Below, one piece after another: positions 1-11,543 of a stretch of DNA of 64,000 nt. The first letter of the stretch is position 1, and the number at the start of each line of letters is the position of its first letter. The translations under genes were made by a program, and so were the position numbers. Origin of the DNA: Macrostomum lignano (taxonomy: Eukaryota); contig NIVC01000814.1 in NCBI GenBank assembly GCA_002269645.1, forward strand, positions 376,806 through 440,805. Reading direction: 5' to 3'. Below the pieces are notes generated by a model. It searched no databases, was not told the DNA's origin, and saw only the letters and a program-made list of their open reading frames with translations.

Positions 1-245
1 GGTCATCAAGATAGGTAGCTATGACCCACTATAATGGTCATCAAGATAGGTAGCTATGACCCACTATTGAGTTAGAATACGGTAGATAAAAATTCTAACA
101 AGCATTAATTGAATTGCTTTAAATGTTTTAATTTTTGTTCTGCTTAAGTTAAAAAGGTATGGCATGATTTTAATGCAGATATTTTTAGCTTATTTAACTA
201 CTTATGTCGCCTATTTTTGCTCATATCTTGCGTACTTATCACCAG

Positions 246-3088
246 GTGAAAATGACAATTTACGAAGAGCAGCTCAGTTTCCGTCTGGTGCACAGCCTAG
301 TTAAAGCGGACTTCCGCTTGCCAAACGGACACAGCCTGTTGCACATGTCCTGCGATCCGGCCACCGAGATTGACAGCTTTCATGTTAGCAGCGCTGTCAG
401 CGTGCCAAATTGCACCGTGGCTAAACTGCTGCTGCACTGCGGCGCAGATCCAAATTCTATGTCGGATGCTGGGGACACGCCGTTGCATCTTATTGTCAGG
501 TAATTTTTGCTGCAGTTGTTGTAGTAGACTGTATGCTGCAGTAGGCTTCTATTTTGTAGCAGATCCTGTAGTAGACTTCCATCTGGTAGCAGATCCTGCA
601 GACATCCTCTAGTAGGCTTTGATATGGTAGCAGAGGCTTTAGTAGACTTTTATGTGGTAGTAGAGGCTGTAGTAGACTTCTATATGGTAAGCTGAGGCTG
701 TAGTAAACTTCTATATGGTAAGCTGAGGCTGTAGTAGACTTCTATATGGTAAGCTGAGGCTGTAGTAGACTTATATATCGCAGCAGAGGCTGTAGTAGCT
801 TTAATATCGTAGCTGAGGCTGTAGTAGACTTAAATATCGCAGCAGAGGCTGTAGTAGACTTTAATATCGTAGCTGAGGCTGTAGTAGACTTTAATATCGT
901 AGCTGAGGCTGTAGTAGACTTTAATATCGTAGCTGAGGCTGTAGTAGACTTGAATATCGTAGCTGAGGCTGTAGTAGACTTGAATATCGTAGCTGAGGCT
1001 GTAGTAGACTTTAATATCGTAGCTGAGGCTGTAGTAGACTTTAATATCGTAGCTGAGGCTGTAGTAGACTTGAATATCGTAGCTGAGGCTGTAGTAGACT
1101 TGAATATCGTAGCTGAGGCTGTAGTAGACTTGAATATCGTAGCTGAGGCTGTAGTAGACTTGAATATCGTAGCTGAGGCTGTAGTAGACTTGAATAGCGT
1201 AGCAGAGGCTGTGGTTATATTTTTATTTATATTACTTGTAGTAGAAGGCTTAGCTAACTATGGCTGCTGCAGAACTAAGCGATGATAATTAACAGTACTT
1301 TTTTATCTATAATTTCAGATACGACCGCGCACTGCCGGATTTCCTCACCCTGGAGAGTACAATCACGTGCTTAGTAACGCACGGCGCTCACACGGATGTG
1401 CGCAATTGTCACGGTCAGCGTCCGCAGGATGTGGCACCGCCAGCACAGTCTGGCGAACAGTCAGTTGGCGAAGGCGGAGGCGGCCTGGCTGCTTTGGTAC
1501 TGTCTGGCTGTGGTCAGCAACGGTTAATGTGTCTGGCTGCCGAGGCTGTTGCTAAGTGAGTTGGTTTTACCAATCTACCTGTAATTTATCAACATTAGAA
1601 TTCTGTGAGTGCGTGCTAAAATATCAAATATAAGATAAAGATACACAAATTATCTCTCTCCAGAATCGGGGTTGCTAAGAAACCAACCGCTTCACAGATT
1701 ACACAGAATCAACCCGAAGGAGGGTTAAAATGCTAGTCTGTATACTAAAATAAAAGGTACCCAGTGGTCCAGCGCGGCGCTATCATATGCCAGCAGCCCA
1801 GGCTCGATTCCAATTGCAGTCGCATTGATTTGGTGGCTAAATTGGAATCTCGGCTTGGCTCTGTTCGTGCAATTAACGCCCAGCTTGAGGGCCAACCCCC
1901 AAAGGCACAGTGAAGTGTACATGCCTAACGATAAATAGAGTTAGGGCCGCTGTACACTCCTGTGTGAGTGTGTGCCTGCGCGTGTATCTGCCAATTACGA
2001 CTCAAGTAGGACGGGAAACCTCGTTTCTTACAAAATTTTAGAAGGCGGGCTTTCCCGAAAAAATACACTACGGAGATAGGAAGTTTTCAGCACAAAAATT
2101 GCTATTGCTTTTGATAGGAGGCAGATCCAGCGTTCACCTTTTGATATGCTGTGCTATATATGTGCTATATATGTATGTTAATTTTTTATTCTACCTACAT
2201 TTCCTGTACCTAAAATTCGTTAAAATGCATGACACAGCTCGAATATTTGGTTTTATGAATCTATTTTATCATCTCTGCTACAAGTATTTGTTACACAGTC
2301 AGCTAAGAGTGATAAAATAGACTCATAAAACCAAAGAGCCGAGCTGTGCCATTTCAATGGTTTTTAGGCACAAGACACGTGCAAATGTAAGAAGAATAAA
2401 AAATTAACATCGAATCCTAATTTTCTGAACGAAAAGCTTCATGAATATCGATAGAGCAATAAGAAAGGCACACCATATCAAAAGATGAACACTGGGTCTG
2501 CCTCCTATTAAAAGCAATAGCAATTTTTGTGCTGAAAGAATGAAAACTTCCTATCTCCGTAGTGTATTTTTTCGGGAAAGCCGGCCTTCTAAATTTTTCT
2601 AAGAAACGAGGCTTCCCGTCCTTTTACTTGAGTCGTCCTTGCTGTCTGCTCAGGGGAGTCGGCGGAATGGGCAGTGAAAATAGAACTGTAGTAGCCTTCA
2701 ATTCCTATTTTGAACCAACCTGCGCAGGCACTGGCTGCCAATAATCTGCGCCAGAAGTCACAAACCGGAGACAGACTGCTGCCAAGCAGCCAATACAGCT
2801 GGCGATTTGGCAGAAGCAGCCGCCGCAACTGTTGCTACGGGGTTTCATCTGCCGCCCGGCCTGTTGCAGTTTGTCGGACTGCACAGCCAGCATCGGCAGG
2901 CCTGCCGGCGCTGCCGACCAGCCGCTGTCGGCATCGGGCCAGGCCAGCCCAATCGCTGCCTGCGCTCCCTCACTCTGGCCGCCGCTTCGGTTGCTAAGGG
3001 CGACTCGTTGTCTTCCTCTAAGTCTTTGTCTGCTCAGTCTATCAGACTAGCCGACGTTGACATGCGATCGGATGGTCGGTTGCAATGA
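246..3088 (+). CDS. FEM1B: Protein fem-1 homolog B, last three coding exons (5' part outside window)
   Basis: Exons 246-499, 1319-1555, 2728-3088 joined by phase-consistent GT-AG introns. Translation has the ankyrin repeat KLLLHCGADPNSMSDAGDTPLHLIV, then YDRALPDFLTLESTITCLVTHGAHTD, LMCLAAEAV and LPPGLLQFVGLH, matching the FEM1B C-terminus as recalled. Confidence 0.88.
520..1210. repeat. 30-bp minisatellite (GCTGAGGCTGTAGTAGACTTGAATATCGTA) in FEM1B intron
   Basis: Direct tandem repeats, degenerate at the 5' end; explains spurious ORF 950-1285. Confidence 0.95.
1757..1996 (+). mobile_element. Possible tRNA-derived SINE fragment
   Basis: A-box-like CAGTGGTCCAGCGCGG and B-box-like GGCTCGATTCC with tRNA-like spacing; no cloverleaf acceptor stem. 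Confidence 0.35.
1997..2636. mobile_element. Foldback/MITE-like element with long imperfect inverted repeats
   Basis: ACGACTCAAGTAGGACGGGAAACCTCGTTTCTT at 1997 mirrors AAGAAACGAGGCTTCCCGTCCTTTTACTTGAGTCGT ending 2636; arms continue imperfectly to about 2240/2340. No TSD found. Confidence 0.75.
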
Positions 3089-3269
3089 TTTATTGACTTA
3101 TTGATTAATGTTATAGAATAATAATATTGTACATAGTTACTCGGCTATCCACATGCGTCTATAAGTTGAATGATCAAGGTTTTGGTTATAGAGTTTTATC
3201 GTCTGTGGTATGCAGCCGATACCTTTTAAGCTTGTTTATATTACAAAAGATCATTAGATTTATACGATC

Positions 3270-4110
3270 ATCTGTAGGATCATTGAAAGATTGCTATGAC
3301 CCACTGTAGGATCATTGAAAGATTGCTATGACCCACTGTAGGATCATTGAAAGATTGCTATGACCCACTGTAGGATCATTGAAAGATTGCTATGACCCAC
3401 TGTAGGATCATTGAAAGATTGCTATGACCCACTGTAGGATCATTGAAAGATTGCTATGACCCACTGTAGGATCATTGAAAGATTGCTATGACCCACTGTA
3501 GGGTTACTAAAAGATTGCTATGACCCACTGTAGGGTCATTGAAAGATTGCTATGACCCACTGTAGGGTTACTAAAAGATTGCTATGACCCACTGTAGGGT
3601 TACTAAAAGATTGCTATGACCCACTGTAGGGTCATTGAAAGATTGCTATGACCCACTGTAGGATCATTGAAAGATTGCTATGACCCACTGTAGGGTCATT
3701 GAAAGATTGCTATGACCCACTGTAGGATCATTGAAAGATTGCTATGACCCACTGTAGGGTTATTAATAGATCGCTGTGACCCACTGTAGGATCATTGAAA
3801 GATTGCTGTGACCCACTGTAGGGTTATTAATAGATCGCTGTGACCCACTGTAGGATCATTAAAAGATTGCTATGACCCACTGTAGGGTCATTGAAAGATT
3901 GCTATGACCCACTGTAGGGTTACTAATAGATCGCTGTGACCCACTTATCACTGAAGTCCAGTAATTCAGGGCCACGAGGATCTGGAAGATTGCTATGACC
4001 CACTGTAGGGTCATTGAAAGATTGCTATGACCCACTGTAGGGTTACTAATAGATCGCTGTGACCCACTTATCACTGAAGTCCAGTAATTCAGGGCCACGA
4101 GGATCTGGAA
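3270..4110. repeat. 32-bp minisatellite (CTATGACCCACTGTAGGATCATTGAAAGATTG)
   Basis: Direct tandem repeats; a related 35-bp unit occupies positions 1-65. Confidence 0.95.
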
Positions 4111-4911
4111 GATCGCAAATTCTGTTTATAGCCTGTTAAAAGCTTTTCATATATTACTCACTTGAATTCACTTTTTAAGTCTGTAATTCTTTATTTTAAA
4201 ATCGTATCCTGTCCGCTCAGTTTTCACTTACGCCTTGGATATTCATGTTTATCCTAGATAGAAGCTGCTTTATCTGATGTAAAACTAACAGAAAGACACC
4301 TGATTTTGTAAATTTATAACGTTACTTACAGTAGTCTTTCTTATTCAACTTTGTGTCTTGTTTTGTAATTTTTCTGTCTTAATTTCATTAAAAAACTTGT
4401 GATTGTTGATTTGTATATTTTTGTGTTAATTTCTCTGTTTAATTCATTTAGTGCTACTGAGTTGCATTGTAGACACAAGTAGTATATAAAATTGGCTGAC
4501 ATTAAGAAAAAGCAAAAACTACAGACTTATTATCCATTAATTAAGAAATAGGTATACTACTTCTAGTAGATTCAATAGCTTAAGCAGTTTTAATTTTTTT
4601 CTATAGTAATTATTACCAATCTGCTGATATCGTGTTTATATTCAGCCAAATATAATATCTTTGTTCAATTGTAAAACTCCTATAATAAATAAACAAAATT
4701 AATTATTATTTTAAATGCAAATTCAGTTTATTTGGTTTCTTTGAGACGGGTGCACAGGAAAAAGTTATACTCACGTATTAGACTACAAATTGTTTGTTAT
4801 AAACTCAAACCCGTTGATTCTTAAAAATAATAATTCAAGCAACAGATGACCCAACGAGTCGGAGTATAGGCATGAGAAAAATTAATTTTAAACAATGCTG
4901 TTGCTACGCTG

Positions 4912-7252
4912 TCAGTCGGTCGAGTCCACCTCTCGTCTTCGGCGTCTTGTCAGGCCCATCAGCTTGAATAGGTGGCTTCTCTGGCGCCGGTGACCCTGCT
5001 GCTGTTTTTGTTGCTGCTGCTGCTGCTGCCGCTTTCTGCTTGTGGCGGCGCTCAAATTGTCGGCTGCCGCCAGATCGACGCAAGTCAGAGTGGCCATAGA
5101 CGGATTTGAAGTGTCACAATCGGCCTCGCTTATATCCGTCAGGCTCTGTCGCAGGCTGGAGTCAATTTGGCCTAGCAGTTGGTCGCAAGTTCGAATCCTA
5201 TTAACAGTCAGGTTGGCCAGCTCCGAGGTTGTTAGAATCGATCGAATCCGATCGAGTTGAGTCAGGCAGCTCTGTTGGATTTGTCGAATTTCAATCAAAT
5301 CGTTACCTGGCTGATCCTCAAGTGTCAAAGGAGACAGCGGGGCAACTCCGCTGCAGGTGAAAAATGCCGAGTCCATTGAGGCTGCCGTGTCCTTGCAGTT
5401 GGATTGAGTTTCCACTGTGCTATTGGAGAGATCCGGAGACTGATCAATGATTGCTGCTTGCTGGTTCGAGTTCGCCTGTTGGTCAAGCAGCAACTGCCAG
5501 GCTAGGGAGGCGTCTGTTGATGAGGCTGCTTAGGGATGGGGCGGATATGGGAGTAATGAGTTACCAACGATAGAACCAAGTTGTCCTTTAGGGGCGTAGC
5601 CATAAGGAGCGGAGCAAGTGATGGTGCACCTTAAAATTAAAAACCCTATGGCTTGGGCAGGCATAAACGACAATTGCCATGCGCTTGATCCCCCGCCCCA
5701 CCTTGAGGCCTGTTATGGAAATCAATAATTTTGCTTCCGCGGGCGCCAAAACGATCCAGTGCCGGCGGCGTTAAAATCGAGTGTCTGTGGCGCCAAAATG
5801 ATCGAGTGCCAGTGGCGCCAAAACGATCCAGTGCCTGTGGCGCCAAACTGATCGAGTGCCTGCGGCGTTGAAATACATGTAAGTGCCAGTGGCGCCAAAA
5901 TGATCCAGTACCTGCGGCGCTAAAATGATCGAGTGCCTGCGGCGTTAAAATGATCGAGTGCCTGCGGCGCCAAAACGATCGAGTGCCTGTGGCGCCAAAC
6001 TGATCCAGTGCCTGTGACGCCAAAACGATCGAGTGCCTGCGGTGCCAAAACGATCGAGTGCCTGCGGTGCCAAAACGATCGAGTGCCTGTGACGCCAAAA
6101 CGATCGAGTGCCTGTGACGCCAAAACGATCGAGTGCCTGTGGCGCCAAAACGATCGAGTGCCTGCGGCGTTGAAAAAAGTGCCAGTGGCGCCAAAATGAT
6201 CCAGTGCCTGCGGCGCTAAAATGATCGAGTGCCAGTGGCGCCAAAACGAGTGCCTGCGGTGCCAAAATGAGGGCAAACACCACCGATTCCCAAAAATAAT
6301 ATGTAGAAATTTAGTCGTGTAATGCGCTCGTAAAATTCTCGGCTTCGTCCCGCACCATAAAATCGATTGCGACATCCTTGGACATGTATGTCATGTACCG
6401 ATCCTTACTGCAGAAGCTTTGGCACCCCTAAGTGCTTGCCATGCAGTTTCCATTGTACATATCATAGCCCATTCAAATGAAGGGTCTTCCCCCAGCTGAC
6501 TCACGCAAATCCCAAGTCTCAGTAGCTGTTGTCTCCTCCAGCTGCTGCTGTTGCACCGACTGATTCAACCGACGCCGATGCAGTGGTCGCTGCTGCTGAA
6601 GTCGGGCCGGTTTCCTACTGCTGGCCTTGCCACAGGCGCGCTTTTGAGCTTGATGATGCAGCAACAGTTGAGGCCTTCGACTGGGCGAATCCAGGTCAGT
6701 CTTGGCCGCGCTCTTCGTCGACAGAACCATCGGCACCGCCCGCTTAGCAGCCAGGATTGTCGCTTCTGCTCTACAGTAGCAACAGACGCTGTAGCTTATC
6801 GCGGACACAATGTCCTTTTCCGTTAGCTCATCCGATGATGTAGCCAACTCTGCTAGATTGTCATCCACAAACACTCGCTGAGTTGAGTAGCTCAACATCC
6901 GACTCTCCTGATTGGCCAGATCCACTCGGCAGGCAGCAACGGGAAAGCCGAAATGCCTGACTGGCGACAGAGGTGCTCGCTCGTCCCAGCTGCTGGTGAA
7001 CTCCTGCAAACTGTGGTAGGTCAGCTGACTCGACAGCGACTGACCTGCCGTCGTTGATGCCACCATAGCAGCATTGACGACATGTCCTGAGCACAGCTGC
7101 TGCGCCACAGAGTCGCACAGATGAGGCAATAGCTGACGCCGATTCAGCGTTAACTGATGGCGTCTTTTCGACCTGATGAATCCGAAACGGCGCTTCCCCG
7201 TGTTGCCGCGTACATGATGAAGCAGACAAGCGGAACCAACGATGCTTTTCAT
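4912..7252 (-). CDS. Uncharacterised two-exon protein (about 454 aa)
   Basis: Exons 7252-6505 and 5528-4912 join in phase 1 via GTGAGT...CCTAAG. Exon-like GC content, polyQ tracts, basic C-terminal RRRRRE; no family recognised. Confidence 0.6.
5745..6270. repeat. About 25-bp minisatellite (TGCCTGTGGCGCCAAAACGATCGAG) in orphan-gene intron
   Basis: Direct tandem repeats; explains overlapping ORFs 5646-6375. Confidence 0.9.
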
Positions 7253-7681
7253 TGTATTGAGGCGCGGTTGAAAAACTATGATTTGTTTATCAGCATATTC
7301 AACACCAATTAAATTTGTAAAGTGGAAGCTGATAGGTGCAAACCATATGTTTTCATATACACGTAATATAAAAAAGAATGTTAAATTTCCATGAGCTCTG
7401 TATCTAATTCTAGTTTTATCTTATTTAATCATCAATACACAGCTTCTGAGCACAATTCTAACGAAAGTGTACCATAGACATGGAAGTTCTGCATCATTAA
7501 CGTACTAAAGTCTTTTTATGATCTGTTAGGCCATAAAGTCAATATTTGATTTCGCACACAGCCACAATTCACTCAGTGCAACAGAGAATATTCAGCTTGT
7601 CTCCTTGCTTCCCAAGCAGTACCTAAGTACATGTAGCATCATCGCCATCAATTATGAAATAAAATCATCCGACTACTCTAG

Positions 7682-8032
7682 ACCGCTCTCCTAACTGCTC
7701 TCTCATTGGCTGAGCTAGATTGGGCCTGCCCCTCTGGACTGAGTTTCGTCCTTCTAACTTTGACCTCTCTCCTAACTGCTCTCTCATTGGCTGAGCTAGA
7801 TTGGGCCTGCCCCTCTGGACTGAGTTTCGTCCTTCTAACTTTGACCTCTCTCCTAACTGCTCTCTCATTGGCTGAGCTAGATTGGGCCTGCCCCTCTGGA
7901 CTGAGTTTCGTCCTTCTAACTTTGACCTCTCTCCTAACTGCTCTCTCATTGGCTGAGCTAGATTGGGCCTGCCTGAGTTTCGTCCGTGTAACATCGACCT
8001 GTCTCTTTACTGCTCTCTTATTGGCTGAGCTC
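7682..8032. repeat. 81-bp tandem repeat with CCAAT boxes, about 4 copies
   Basis: Unit contains ATTGGCTGAG and ATTGGGCC; same family as 20870-21190. Confidence 0.9.
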
Positions 8033-8474
8033 AAACCGGCAAAATTTAAAACAGTAAAATCAAAACAGGTTTCTTTATTAATTCCAGTTGGAAGTAAAAT
8101 TCAAACCGCGAGCAATTATTACGGATGTAAATTTGTTTATTTAAATGCGCAATCGTATATAAGATTCAAAAACATTCAGTAGACTACCGAGGAATAACCA
8201 AGAATCGCTAAAGTTACTATTTAATCAGAATCAGAGATACTAAAATAATTACTAGTTATTTTACTATCCGTGGTGTGCACAGACGTTTCTTTCGTAGCAA
8301 CTTTTTCAGGGCTACGTGAGGGATTTTACGATTCAAATCTTTATTCGTCTACTTTTCTCAGTAGTCTAAATTGAATCTCCCACAGTGAGCTAAGATACAT
8401 TCTTTATCTGAGCGTTCAAATAAATCCTGATAAAACAGTAACTTCCAGTAGTCCTTCGTGCTAACATTGAATAG

Positions 8475-9287
8475 TCATCTGAGGAAGGCAACCTCCAAGA
8501 TGCTGACCTCAATATCTTTGGACTCCTTAAGATGATGGTTGTACGATCTGTTCAGATTGTATCGCAGATTAGCAACCTGACTGACGCTATAGTCGCGACC
8601 TTCCACCATAGCGCTAGCAACGTCATCGTTGCTCATCAGCTTCCGAGCGCAGGCCTGCCTCGCGCGATGCATCACAAATGGCATTGTGGTAGTTTTGTGC
8701 AACGAGAACACTAACCCACAAGAAGCGGCAATACCGGCTTCTAAAAAAGCAATATCGATTCCTTTCGATGATGTTGACTGTCCTGCTTTCTTGTTCCTCC
8801 TATTACTATTGCTTTTGTGACTGAGTTTCGCGTCGCTGTAAGTGCCAAACGGTGGATTGGTCACAACCACATCGAACTGTCTTTGATGAACTAGTCCAGC
8901 CGACAGGCGAGTCACATCCGCCTGCAGCAGATCCCAGTTCGCTGATACGTCATTATCATCATCATCGTTGCCAGGTGAAAACAGCTCCATCAAGTTGGAG
9001 CGGCAGAGGTCAAGCGAGTCGCTGTCAATATCGACTCCGCACACGTAACCGGAGCCCAAAGCCAGACAGCCGGTCATGAGGGCGCCGGGACCGCAGCCCA
9101 GATCCAATACGGACTGCTCGGCAGTGAAGCAATTCCAGCGCATCTTGGCATCGTACAGCCAGCTGGCAGCCACCTCGCCAGGCGTGGCGTATTGCTCCCA
9201 ACGCGATTGAGGATTAGCAAATGTTGGCACCTGTTGCAGCAGCGATTCTAACTGTTTCCGATTGCGAACCAGAGGCTGTACAGGGGC
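8475..9287 (-). CDS. METTL5: 18S rRNA N6-adenosine methyltransferase METTL5 (start codon not encoded in frame locally)
   Basis: LESLLQQV...EQYATP N-terminus, SAM motif DLGCGPG, catalytic NPPF, FSLHKTTT. Single exon; an in-frame TAA lies just upstream and the first in-frame ATG falls after conserved residues. Phase-0 acceptors at 9288-9289 (TTCCAG|GCC) and 12 nt further in (TACAG|CCT). Confidence 0.93.
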   Translation of the reverse strand, partial: APVQPLVRNRKQLESLLQQVPTFANPQSRWEQYATPGEVAASWLYDAKMRWNCFTAEQSVLDLGCGPGALMTGCLALGSGYVCGVDIDSDSLDLCRSNLMELFSPGNDDDDNDVSANWDLLQADVTRLSAGLVHQRQFDVVVTNPPFGTYSDAKLSHKSNSNRRNKKAGQSTSSKGIDIAFLEAGIAASCGLVFSLHKTTTMPFVMHRARQACARKLMSNDDVASAMVEGRDYSVSQVANLRYNLNRSYNHHLKESKDIEVSILEVAFLR

Positions 9288-9344
9288 CTGGAAGCGAGCC
9301 GACAAGTTTTAAGATAATCTAGGTTAATTAGAAACATTATTGCT

Positions 9345-9990
9345 GAGACGAGATGCGAGACTGGGGAGTGATTTAGTGAGAGGAGACCTGAGGCTGAGAC
9401 TGATATGAGAGACTTGGCGAGAAGAGATCTGAAACTGAGATGAGAGATTTAGTGAGAGAACATCTGAAACTCAAATGTGAGATTTGGTGAGAAGAGATTT
9501 GAGAATGAGATGTGAGACTTGGCGAGAAGAGATCTGAAACTGAGACGAGAGATTTGGTGAGAGGAGATCTGAGATTTAGATGAGAGGAGATGTGAGAATT
9601 GGTGAGAAGAGATCTGAAACTGACATGAGAGACCTGGCGAGAAGAGATCTGAGATTGAGATGAGAGATTTAGTGAGATGAGATCTGAGACGTGAGACTTG
9701 GCGAGAAGAGATCTGAAACTCAGATGACAGATTTGATGAGAAGAGATCTGAAACTAAGATAAGAGATTTGGTGAGAATAGATAAGAGACTGAGATGAGAG
9801 ATTTGGTGAGAAGAGATCTGAAACTGAGATGTGAGAATTGGTGAGAAGAGATCTGAAACTGAGATGAGAGACTTGGCGAGAAGAGATCTGAGATTGAGAT
9901 GAGATCTGAGACGTGAGACTTGGCGAGAAGAGATCTGAAACTGAGATAAGAGATTTGGTGAGAAGAGATCTGAAAGTGAGAAGATATCTG
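9345..9990. repeat. Degenerate GA-rich minisatellite (about 35 bp, GAGAAGAGATCTGAAACTGAGATGAGAGATTTGGT)
   Basis: Tandem repeats immediately upstream of the METTL5 acceptor. Confidence 0.9.
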
Positions 9991-10609
9991 GCAAGACGAG
10001 TTTTGATTTTCATAGAAATCAAGCTAGTTCTGTTGATTGTTAATTAAAAAATCAAAAAAGACAGTTGATTCTCTTTCGAAATTTTTGTTAAATTGATTTC
10101 AAACAAACATTTCAATAATACAGTAATTAAGTAGTATATTTAGAACATCATACTCGAACACAAGTTTTAGCAGCCACTATTAATAAGAATTTAATTTATT
10201 AATGTACTTTTTATGCGATTTTTCAAGTTAGCAATTTTTCATAAGCAAATCATTATCCTCAAGTAAAGTACAGGAAATGCATTTGCGAAGCACGATTCAT
10301 ATGGACAGGCAAATACGATGTTTAAATACAATAATGATTGCATGTAGAAAATTTACATACTCTTAATCATAGGAGCTTCGCAGATTGTTGAGAGTTCTAG
10401 GAGTTCGTAGAGAGCCACATTTATGGAAGATGACACAGGCACATTTAAGGAAGAAGTAGCTTTTAGATCGTAAGGAGCTACATCTGTAAAATAGAATATG
10501 TGCTGAAAAAATCGTATATCCTTATAAGGGAGTCAAATTTGTGGAAGAGAGTACATTTAAGAGACTGTAGAGAGCCAAATTTTCGGAAGATGACATGTTT
10601 CAAGAAATT

Positions 10610-11400
10610 GTAGGGAGCCACATCTGTAAAAGATTATTTGTGCTAAAAATCGAAGAAAAGCACATCTGTGGAAGAGAATATATTCTAAGAGAGAGCGTAC
10701 AAAGCCACATTTTCGGAAAGAGGACATGTTCTAAGAAATCGTAGGGAGCCACATCTTTAAGACGACACGCGCTAAAAATCGTAGGGAGCCACATCTGTAA
10801 GAGGACACGCGCTAAAAATCGTAGGGAGCCACATCTGTAAGAGGACACGCGCTAAGAAATCGTAGGGAGCCACATCTGTAAGAGGACACGCGCTAAAAAT
10901 CGTAGGGAGCCACATCTGTAAGAGGACACGCGCTAAAAATCGTAGGGAGCCACATCTTTAAGAGGACACGCGCTAAGAAATCGTAGGGAGCCACATCTGT
11001 AAGAGGACACGCGCTAAAAATCGTAGGGAGCCACATCTGTAAGAGGACACGCGCTAAGAAATCGTAGGGAGCCACATCTGTAAGAGGACACGCGCTAAGA
11101 AATCGTAGGGAGCCACATCTGTAAGAGGACACGCGCTAAGAAATCGTAGGGAGCCACATCTGTAAGAGGACACGCGCTAAAAATCGTAGGGAGTCACATC
11201 TGTAAGAGGACACGCGCTAAGAAATCGTAGGGAGCCACATCTGTAAGAGGACACGCGCTAAAAATCGTAGGGAGCCACATCTGTAAGAGGACACGCGCTA
11301 AGAAATCGTAGGGAGCCACATCTGTAAGAGGACACGCGCTAAAAATCGTAGGGAGCCACATCTGTAAGAGGACACGCGCTAAGAAATCGTAGGGAGCCAC
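10610..11400. repeat. 40/41-bp minisatellite (CTAA(G)AAATCGTAGGGAGCCACATCTGTAAGAGGACACGCG)
   Basis: Near-perfect core about 10740-11400, degenerate left flank. Confidence 0.95.
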
Positions 11401-11543
11401 ATTTTGTGAAGAGAGTATGAGTATATTTCTATATGAGTATATAAATATTTAACGCAGAGCAAATAGGGCTTTCAAAGTTTCGAATGCGTGATAAATTCTC
11501 CTTAGATATATTAAATTACAAAGATTAATCCACATTATTACTA

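Noticed and set aside
5590-6432. TAGGGG...CCCCTA termini around the 25-bp repeat as a DNA transposon
   Set aside because: Only about 6 bp of inverted match and no TSD.
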